Assembly: GCA_964468895.1 (NCBI GenBank)
Contig: CAYXWT010000011.1
Span: 1 to 13,165 of the forward strand
Direction of reading: 5' to 3'
DNA: 13,165 nt
Source of the DNA: an uncultured archaeon
GTDB taxonomy: Archaea > Iainarchaeota > Iainarchaeia > Iainarchaeales > CSSED10-239
This document shows positions 6,560 to 12,968 of the stretch, one piece after another. Every line of letters begins with the position of its first letter. The stretch's first letter is position 1. Under the pieces are notes generated by a model. That model saw only the letters and a program-made list of their open reading frames with translations, searched no databases and was not told the origin of the DNA. The position numbers and the translations under genes were made by a program.

Positions 6560-7815
6560 ATACCTGCACCCTTTAATATTAAAAATACTGCTTGAGCAAT
6601 ATTAACCTCAATAATTTCTCCAACTTCATAAGGTCCATAATAATTATCTAAAAACTTAAATTCAGGAGTTTTTTGAACAATTCTTACTTTTTTTGTATTT
6701 TTTGTATCTAAAACAATTGGATCATAAAAAGCATCAAAGCTTTTTAATAAATCAACATCTTTTATTAAATTAGATAAAAAACCACTACCACCATGCAAAG
6801 TATCTGGAGCCCTCATAATTTTATAAACATCTACTGATGAAGATGCATCTATGTCAAAAGAATTTTCTTTAATAGCTTTATTTAACACATCTGTCCAAAA
6901 ATTAAAAGCACCATTAAAATTACTCCATAAAAACTTATTATACAAACTATTTAAAATTACTTCTTTATTATCTATAATAGTTTGAGCTTTTTTAGAACCA
7001 ATTTTAAATTTAGATATTAATTCTTTTTTATCTAAATTAACTGTATTAATAATAGAAATCATAATCTTTTTAGACCAACCTTTTAAATTGTCAGGTTTAG
7101 GGCAAAACCAGTGTTTTTTGTCTTTATGATAACCTAATTTTTTTAAATCTAAATTTGTACCTTTAATATAATCTACCAGTTGTAATCTTGCAGATTTAGA
7201 TAAAGGTATTATACTTTTATCTGTAATTCTTATGTGATAACCTTTTGAACCTGAAAAACTAATTATAAACGTAGAAGGATCTAAATTAAATTCATTTTCA
7301 AGAAAATCAATTAATCTTAAACTTTCTTTTTTAGCAAAACCAAGACAATCTTTACAAGTCCATTGTGTAATTTTAGTATTAGAATTACATTTTGGACAAA
7401 TGGTTAGATTTCCATATCCACTACTATTACATTCTTTATTAGAACAAACCCAAACATTATGTTTATCATGGCATGGTAAATCAAAGTCATCAGAATCAAA
7501 TTCATATACAATATCAGAACCAAGCCATTCTTTATTACTCATAGGTCTTCGTTCAGGGTATTTAAAATAACTTGTTGAATATGATATGAAAAAAGGTGTT
7601 TTTGTTCTTAAATAATAATTTAAATCATCATTTGAATTAAAATTAAGATGCCTAGCACTTATTTTCTTACCATAATCACCAATACCAAATTCTCTTTTAT
7701 TAATATCTATTACACTTTCAACAATATTTTTTTTATAATAACTTTGGAATTCATTTCTTATAAAATTAACATTCTTATTTAATATTGCTGTAGAATTATA
7801 ATTTGCAAAATCCAT
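6556..7815 (-). CDS. priS: DNA primase small (catalytic) subunit PriS
   Basis: REFGIG...ARHLNF, catalytic acidic cluster DIVYEFDSDD, Zn-binding Cys/His region, and FSGSKGYHIRI, all AEP primase hallmarks. ATG at 7815, TGA stop. Confidence 0.92.
   Translation of the reverse strand: MDFANYNSTAILNKNVNFIRNEFQSYYKKNIVESVIDINKREFGIGDYGKKISARHLNFNSNDDLNYYLRTKTPFFISYSTSYFKYPERRPMSNKEWLGSDIVYEFDSDDFDLPCHDKHNVWVCSNKECNSSGYGNLTICPKCNSNTKITQWTCKDCLGFAKKESLRLIDFLENEFNLDPSTFIISFSGSKGYHIRITDKSIIPLSKSARLQLVDYIKGTNLDLKKLGYHKDKKHWFCPKPDNLKGWSKKIMISIINTVNLDKKELISKFKIGSKKAQTIIDNKEVILNSLYNKFLWSNFNGAFNFWTDVLNKAIKENSFDIDASSSVDVYKIMRAPDTLHGGSGFLSNLIKDVDLLKSFDAFYDPIVLDTKNTKKVRIVQKTPEFKFLDNYYGPYEVGEIIEVNIAQAVFLILKGAGI
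6567..6571 (-). promoter_or_regulatory. Shine-Dalgarno (GGGTG) for the GINS gene
   Basis: GGGTG lies 7 nt upstream of the ATG at 6559, inside the 3' end of priS. Confidence 0.5.
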
Positions 7816-7836
7816 ACTAATATATATTATAGACAG

Positions 7837-7846
7837 ATATATTTAA
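7837..7846 (-). promoter_or_regulatory. TATA-box candidate for the priS operon
   Basis: TTAAATATAT (minus sense) is centred about 26 nt upstream of the ATG at 7815, with no SD. Confidence 0.35.
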
Positions 7847-7905
7847 TAAATAAAGTATATAAAAAACAAAAGTAAAATATAAATTACAAAAATATTTAAA
7901 AAAGG

Positions 7906-7914
7906 TTTTAAAAA
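7906..7914 (+). promoter_or_regulatory. TATA-box candidate for the pilin cassette
   Basis: TTTTAAAAA is centred about 28 nt upstream of the ATG at 7938, with no SD. Confidence 0.3.
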
Positions 7915-7937
7915 CTAGAAAATAACTTAATTATAAT

Positions 7938-8138
7938 ATGAAAAACTACAAAATAAAATTTAAAAAAATAATAAATGATAAAAGAGCACAAATATCTGCA
8001 GAGATGATAATTCTTTTAGCAGCAATTATTGCCATTGTTTTATTAGTAGTAAGCCAGTTACAAAAAACTACTAAAAAAGCAAATGCAACTGTAGAAAAAA
8101 AAGCTGATAAAGTATTTGATGAAATTGAAGATATTTAA
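7938..8138 (+). CDS. Class III signal peptide (DUF361-type) pilin-like protein, 66 aa
   Basis: Lys-rich leader, then KRA|QISAEMIILLAAIIAIVLLVV. This is a prepilin-type cleavage motif with Gln at +1 and Glu at +5, followed by a hydrophobic helix. Confidence 0.8.
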   Translation: MKNYKIKFKKIINDKRAQISAEMIILLAAIIAIVLLVVSQLQKTTKKANATVEKKADKVFDEIEDI

Positions 8139-8562
8139 ATATAAATTTATAAACCTAAAAAAAATAAAAACAAATAAGGCACAAATTTCTCTTGAATATA
8201 TGTTAATATTTACAGCCTTACTAGTTATATTTGGTACAATATTATTAACAGCAACAAACATCTATAATAAAAATCTTAATATTATGGATAATCAGGAATT
8301 AAAAAACACTTCAGAAAACATTCAAAAAATTATTAACTTTCAAGAACTACAAGTAAGTTCTATTTATAACATAAAAATTAATCCACAAAATTGTTGGAAA
8401 TTTACAAAAATAAACAACAATTCTTTTTATGTAGAAAATCAAAAAAAAATATATGAAATAAATAGTAATTATAAAATAAATATAAGTAATATAGAAATTT
8501 GTTCAAAAAAGATAATAGATATACAATTAAAAGAAAAACAATTTGATTTTAAATTTAATTAA
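8119..8562 (+). CDS. Class III signal peptide (DUF361-type) pilin-like protein, 147 aa
   Basis: Leader ...KTNKA|QISLEYMLIFTALLVIFGTILL carries the same motif as the upstream gene. ATG at 8119 (the track TTG at 8116 is unnecessary). It overlaps the previous gene by 20 nt. Confidence 0.75.
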   Translation: MKLKIFKYKFINLKKIKTNKAQISLEYMLIFTALLVIFGTILLTATNIYNKNLNIMDNQELKNTSENIQKIINFQELQVSSIYNIKINPQNCWKFTKINNNSFYVENQKKIYEINSNYKINISNIEICSKKIIDIQLKEKQFDFKFN

Positions 8563-8576
8563 TAGTAAATAGATAT

Positions 8577-9089
8577 ATGGATATTAATCTTTTTTTATCA
8601 ACAATTTTATTTCCAGGAATTATTTTTCACGAACTTGGTCATGTAATAGCATGTTTATTTTTAGGTGTACCTATAGAAAAAATAAAATGGTGTGGTAAAG
8701 ATGGAGGCTATGTTATACATAAAGATTCTAAACCTTATAAAAATATAATAATTGCCTTAATACCTTTTATTTTTAATATATTTATATCCTTAATTTTAGC
8801 AAGAATATATTTATTAAATACAGATATAATTATTAGAATTATATGCGTATGGTTTGCAATTTCAGCTTTATTTTTTTGTGTACCTAGTAGCCAAGATGCA
8901 CAAAATGTATTTAATGCTCTTAAAGAAAATTATTCTAAAACAAACATATTACAAATTTTACTAAATATAATATTTCTACCTTTAACAATAATTATACTAA
9001 TAATTAGTTTTTTCTTTAAAATAATACATAATTCATTGTATTTTAGAATAATTTTAATATTAATTTGGCTATTTTTATTTATAATCTAA
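8577..9089 (+). CDS. Polytopic membrane protein with HExxH motif (M50B/DUF3267-like putative zinc metallopeptidase)
   Basis: FHELGHVIACLFLGVPIEKIKWCGKDGGYVIH lies in or next to the first hydrophobic segment. There are about 5 predicted TM stretches. The conserved-looking PSSQDAQN could supply a third metal ligand. It starts 14 nt after the second pilin gene. Confidence 0.6.
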   Translation: MDINLFLSTILFPGIIFHELGHVIACLFLGVPIEKIKWCGKDGGYVIHKDSKPYKNIIIALIPFIFNIFISLILARIYLLNTDIIIRIICVWFAISALFFCVPSSQDAQNVFNALKENYSKTNILQILLNIIFLPLTIIILIISFFFKIIHNSLYFRIILILIWLFLFII

Positions 9090-9143
9090 AAAAGAATACT
9101 ATTTAAAGTTTATTATTAATATAATATTTACAAAGAAATAAAC

Positions 9144-9149
9144 TTTTTT
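9144..9149 (+). terminator. Oligo-T tract, candidate archaeal terminator after the HExxH gene
   Basis: T6 lies 55 nt after the stop at 9089. Archaeal RNAP terminates at oligo-T, but such runs are common in this AT-rich DNA. Confidence 0.3.
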
Positions 9150-9219
9150 CTAATTTATTGGTATATGTAATTAATATATTAATACAAATTTTAAAAAAAA
9201 ATAAAAAAATGGATTTAAT

Positions 9220-9420
9220 ATGCGACTTACAAAATATGAAATTACTAGAATTGTTTCAGCTAGAGCTGATCAATTAGCTTGTGGAGCTCCTCCATTAGTT
9301 AAACCAAAAAAAGAAAGCACTGCTTATTCATTAGCAAAAAGAGAATTTGATGAAAAAACAATGCCTCTAGCAGTACTTAGAATAATAAATGGGAAAAAAG
9401 AAATTATTAGTGTTAATTAA
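9220..9420 (+). CDS. rpoK: DNA-directed RNA polymerase subunit K (Rpo6/omega-like)
   Basis: LTKYEITRIVSARADQLACGAPPLV...LAKREFDEKTMPLAVLR matches the Rpo6/RpoK core pattern. 66 aa. Confidence 0.85.
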   Translation: MRLTKYEITRIVSARADQLACGAPPLVKPKKESTAYSLAKREFDEKTMPLAVLRIINGKKEIISVN

Positions 9421-9433
9421 GGGTGTTTAATTT

Positions 9434-9712
9434 ATGGGAAAATCAATGTCTAATAAGATAAAGTCAAAAGCAAGAATAATTATAAAAGAATTTAGAAAAG
9501 AATTATCAATAGAATTTAGAAAAAATAAAGAATTTTTAAAAAAACTAAGTTTGCCATTTTCAAAACTTACAGTAAATTTAATGGCTGGTTATATTACAAG
9601 AGTTTTAAAAGCTGATAAAAAAGAAAAAGAATCTCTAAAAATAGATACTGAAAAAATCAAAACTGTACCTATTAGAGAAATTAAATCTGATAGAAACATA
9701 ATTAAATCTTAA
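9434..9712 (+). CDS. rps17e: Ribosomal protein eS17 (S17e) with C-terminal extension
   Basis: MGK...IKSKARIIIKEFRKELSIEFRKNKEFLKKLS...SKLTVNLMAGYITRVLK parallels the eS17 pattern (MG.vR...vKr.a..i.eky...l..dF..NK..v......sk.lrNkIAGY.T). GGGTG SD at 9421..9425, 8 nt before the ATG. Confidence 0.8.
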   Translation: MGKSMSNKIKSKARIIIKEFRKELSIEFRKNKEFLKKLSLPFSKLTVNLMAGYITRVLKADKKEKESLKIDTEKIKTVPIREIKSDRNIIKS

Positions 9713-9724
9713 GATGTTATTAAT

Positions 9725-9763
9725 TTTTTCTTAAAATTTGTAAAAAATAAATTTTAAGAAAAA
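9725..9763. repeat. Perfect 15-bp inverted repeat with 9-nt spacer
   Basis: TTTTTCTTAAAATTT (9725..9739), spacer gtaaaaaat, then AAATTTTAAGAAAAA (9749..9763), exact reverse complements. A third TTTCTTAA copy lies at 9769..9776. The left arm includes a T6 run just after the eS17 stop. Confidence 0.85.
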
Positions 9764-9814
9764 CATAATTTCTTAATAGTAAATTTAAAATTACTAATTT
9801 TCTGAGGTCTTACA

Positions 9815-10285
9815 ATGAAACAAAATTTATTTATATTTATTGTGATAACCATGATAATATCTAATTCTATATGTGCTTATGATAATTATTATTATTCTAA
9901 TAATGAAGGTGACTATGCACTTAAAGTATTAGGTTTTGGTTATGATGATTCATACAACTACCAAAATTATAACTCAAAAGATTATCAACAATGGGAAGAT
10001 CCTTCAAATTTATATTATAAACCAACATTTTCTCAAAAGATTTATTTAAAAATGGATGGTTTTAAAACCATAGATACTTTATTTTGGGAAGTTTATAATA
10101 ATAAAATGAGTGATGTACAAGTATATGGAAATCCAGCTTATCCTGATAGTATAGATTACATAAATGAATATGAACAAATCAGGGTTTATCCTAAAGAACC
10201 TTATAATTTTAAATATTGGAAAAATACATATTATGATTTTGAAATAATAGAATCTGAAAACTATTTAGGACCAAAAACAAACTAA
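9815..10285 (+). CDS. Secreted hypothetical protein, extremely Tyr-rich
   Basis: N-terminal signal-like segment MKQNLFIFIVITMIISNSICA. 24 Tyr in 156 aa by my count. GAGGT at 9804..9808 lies 6 nt before the ATG. Confidence 0.6.
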   Translation: MKQNLFIFIVITMIISNSICAYDNYYYSNNEGDYALKVLGFGYDDSYNYQNYNSKDYQQWEDPSNLYYKPTFSQKIYLKMDGFKTIDTLFWEVYNNKMSDVQVYGNPAYPDSIDYINEYEQIRVYPKEPYNFKYWKNTYYDFEIIESENYLGPKTN

Positions 10286-11310
10286 ATTTTAAATCTTAAA
10301 ATACCAATAATTCCACCAAAAGAATTTAAGGTTTTAGATATATTTTCATGAGTATTATCAACAACATGAACCTTAGTTTTAATTTGTTCAGATTTTCTAA
10401 TTAAATTTTGTATATTGTCAATGTCTTTTTTCCATAATCTTTCAGATATTAAAATATCTTCTATAGCTCCAAATTCAATAGCTTTACTTATTTCTTTCAA
10501 ACCATAAATTGCTTTTTGATTATTTTTACCAAGATTTTCTAAAAATAAATTTATCAAATTATTTTCTTTATAAATTATAGAATTTTTAAAAAACTTAGAC
10601 ACTTCTTTTTTATTAAATAATTCATTAATTGCAGAATTACTTATATTTTGAATATTTACTTCTAATATATTTAATTTAGAATTTTTATTTTTAAAGTATT
10701 CTCTAAATCTAGATTTAGCTTTTCCAGGTCCTGCAATGATAATTTGAAAATCATATTTTTCAATTAAATTATAAATATTATCAAAGTAATCTGTTTCTTT
10801 ATAATTTGTAGCATAACGTTTACCACCTCTATTAGATTCTATTTTTGCAAGTAATTTGTTTTGAATATTATCTAATTTAAATATATTTGCAAAATCATTA
10901 TCTAAAGCTATAATAACAACATTTGTAGAAATTTGTGATGACTTTTTTAACAAGTTGATTTCATAATCAAACAATTCATTTTTTTTAATAGTATAAAAAC
11001 TATCTAATTCAATTTCCAAAGTATGGTGCTCACCTAAAGGTGCAAATTCACAAGGTTTCGAATCAATAATTAAACCAGTAAATCTTAAAGAATTAAGTTC
11101 TGAAGAAAAATCAAATTTTTCTATATTTAAAGTTACAAACACAGGTTTTCTAACAGAATCGCTAGAACTATCTTGTCTTTGTCTTCTATAACTTCTACCA
11201 CTAATAATATCATTTATATTTAAAATATTTTTTATAGTCCAAAGATCTTCTAAAGTTTGAGGAGCAAACTTTATAGTTTTAGTTTTTTTATCTAAATATA
11301 ATATTTTCAT
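10282..11310 (-). CDS. pelA: mRNA surveillance protein Pelota (aRF1 paralog)
   Basis: MKILYLDKKTKTIKFAPQTLEDLWTIKNILNINDIISG...LRFTGLII N-domain pattern. C-terminus FGGIIGILRFKI parallels the aRF1 C-terminus. No GGQ or NIKS. Confidence 0.9.
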   Translation of the reverse strand: MKILYLDKKTKTIKFAPQTLEDLWTIKNILNINDIISGRSYRRQRQDSSSDSVRKPVFVTLNIEKFDFSSELNSLRFTGLIIDSKPCEFAPLGEHHTLEIELDSFYTIKKNELFDYEINLLKKSSQISTNVVIIALDNDFANIFKLDNIQNKLLAKIESNRGGKRYATNYKETDYFDNIYNLIEKYDFQIIIAGPGKAKSRFREYFKNKNSKLNILEVNIQNISNSAINELFNKKEVSKFFKNSIIYKENNLINLFLENLGKNNQKAIYGLKEISKAIEFGAIEDILISERLWKKDIDNIQNLIRKSEQIKTKVHVVDNTHENISKTLNSFGGIIGILRFKI

Positions 11311-11331
11311 AATATACCTAGGTAGAAAAAC

Positions 11332-11340
11332 ATATATTAA
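11332..11340 (-). promoter_or_regulatory. TATA-box candidate for pelota (leaderless-type spacing)
   Basis: TTAATATAT (minus sense) is centred about 26 nt upstream of the ATG at 11310, with no SD in between. Confidence 0.35.
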
Positions 11341-11432
11341 TTTATTTATTAGAACAAAGATTTACAAATGGATTATAATTAATATTCAAATATTTAATAC
11401 CTTCAAATAGTTTAATACTAAGTATTAAACTA

Positions 11433-12968
11433 TTATTTTTTAATTAAACTTTCGCTCATATAATTTGGAATATCAATATCTAACACATCCAAAATTGTTG
11501 GTGCTATATTAGCAATACTTAAATTAGAATTAGGTTTTATTAATTCATATTTATCATTACTAATTAAAATAAAAGGAACTTTACTTAAACTATGAGATGT
11601 ACTAATACAATCATCTTCAAATAACATTTCATCACAATTACCATGATCAGCTGTTATAATTACAGTTGCTTTCTCTAAATCAAAATTAGAAAATATTATT
11701 TTAAGACATTTATCTACAGTTTCTAAAGCAGAAACAGTTGCTTTTATATTACCTGTATGACCAACCATATCTGGATTAGCAAAATTTAAAACTGTTAAAA
11801 TATAATCTTTATTAAAAGTAGATAATAATTCTTTAGTTATTATTTTTGCAGACATTTCTGGTTTTAAATCATAAGTAGCAACTGAAGGAGATGGAATCAA
11901 AATTCTATCTTCATTTTTATTAGGTTTTTCTTTGCCAATATTAAAAAAATAAGTTACATGAGCATATTTTTCACTTTCTGCAATTCTTAGTTGTTTATAT
12001 CCTAATTTAGAAATAATCTGGCCTAATCCAGGCAATTGTTCTTTTGGAGGAAATAATACTTTCACATTTTTAATTTTAGAATCATATTGTGTAAAAGTAA
12101 TAAAATTAATATTTAATTTTTTAGTTTCAAATTTAGAAAAATGTTTTGAACAAAAAGCACTTGTAAATTGTCTAGCCCTATCACTTCTAAAATTAAAAAA
12201 TAAAATGGTATCTTTATTTTTTATAAAACTATTTTTTATAAAATAAGTAGGTATAAAAAATTCATCATTAATACCTTCTTGATAACTATTTTTAATATAA
12301 TTAGTAATACTTTCTGAATAATCACCTTTATTATAAACTAACAAATCATAATATCTTTTTAATCTATCCCAATTATTATCTCTATCCATTCCATAATATC
12401 TTCCAGAAATACTTGCAATTTCTCCAAGACCAATATCATTTAATTTCTTTTGTAATCTTCTAACATATTTTATTGCAGATTTAGGTCGAGTATCTCTACC
12501 ATCACTAAAAACATGTATATAGACTTGCTTTATATTTTTATAACTTTTAATAACATCTAATAAATAAAATAAATGATTTATATGTGAATGCACACCTCCA
12601 TCACTAACAAGACCTACTAAATGAAGTGTATTTTTGTTTTTAATATTTTTAAGATTCTTAATTAAAACTGAATTGTTTTTAAATTCACCAGATTTTATAG
12701 AATTATTAATTCTTTTGATTTCAGATAATAAAACTCTGCCTGCCCCAATAGTAGAATGACCAACTTCGCTAGTACCAATTTGTTTAGAAGGTAATCCAAC
12801 ATATTCTTCACTAGCTCCAAGTTTAATATGAGGGTTATTTTTTAAAAGAGTATCATAAAATAACATTTTAGCTTTAGAAATAGCATTTCCTTTATATTTT
12901 TTATTAACACCAAAACCATCTAAAATAATTAACAATATTTTTTTATTTAAATTAATCATATATTTCAT
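11433..12968 (-). CDS. gpmI: 2,3-bisphosphoglycerate-independent phosphoglycerate mutase, bacterial GpmI type
   Basis: LIILDGFGV, GTSEVGH (catalytic Ser), SDGGVHSH, DGRDTRP, GRYYGMDRDNNWDR, FNFRSDRAR, SEKYAHVTYFFN, NPDMVGHTG and ITADHGNCDEM are all present. 511 aa. Confidence 0.95.
   Translation of the reverse strand: MKYMINLNKKILLIILDGFGVNKKYKGNAISKAKMLFYDTLLKNNPHIKLGASEEYVGLPSKQIGTSEVGHSTIGAGRVLLSEIKRINNSIKSGEFKNNSVLIKNLKNIKNKNTLHLVGLVSDGGVHSHINHLFYLLDVIKSYKNIKQVYIHVFSDGRDTRPKSAIKYVRRLQKKLNDIGLGEIASISGRYYGMDRDNNWDRLKRYYDLLVYNKGDYSESITNYIKNSYQEGINDEFFIPTYFIKNSFIKNKDTILFFNFRSDRARQFTSAFCSKHFSKFETKKLNINFITFTQYDSKIKNVKVLFPPKEQLPGLGQIISKLGYKQLRIAESEKYAHVTYFFNIGKEKPNKNEDRILIPSPSVATYDLKPEMSAKIITKELLSTFNKDYILTVLNFANPDMVGHTGNIKATVSALETVDKCLKIIFSNFDLEKATVIITADHGNCDEMLFEDDCISTSHSLSKVPFILISNDKYELIKPNSNLSIANIAPTILDVLDIDIPNYMSESLIKK

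Noticed and set aside
7816-7937. Divergent AT-rich intergenic region next to the priS/gins operon as a replication origin
   Set aside because: I could find no repeated ORB or mini-ORB-like elements or any direct or inverted repeats, and there is no orc1/cdc6 gene nearby. It is adequately explained as two back-to-back promoters.
8058-8261. 67-aa minus-strand ORF from the track
   Set aside because: It lies entirely antisense to the two well-supported pilin-like genes. Its translation is low-complexity Phe/Ile/Asn, typical of antisense reading of AT-rich coding DNA. There is no SD or TATA at a sensible distance.
11411-11429. 19-bp palindrome TTTAATACT-A-AGTATTAAA just after the gpmI stop
   Set aside because: A 9-bp arm of almost pure A/T is expected about once by chance in 13 kb of this composition (rough estimate). 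It has a 1-nt loop, so it is a poor RNA hairpin. I kept only the 15-bp repeat at 9725..9763 as significant.
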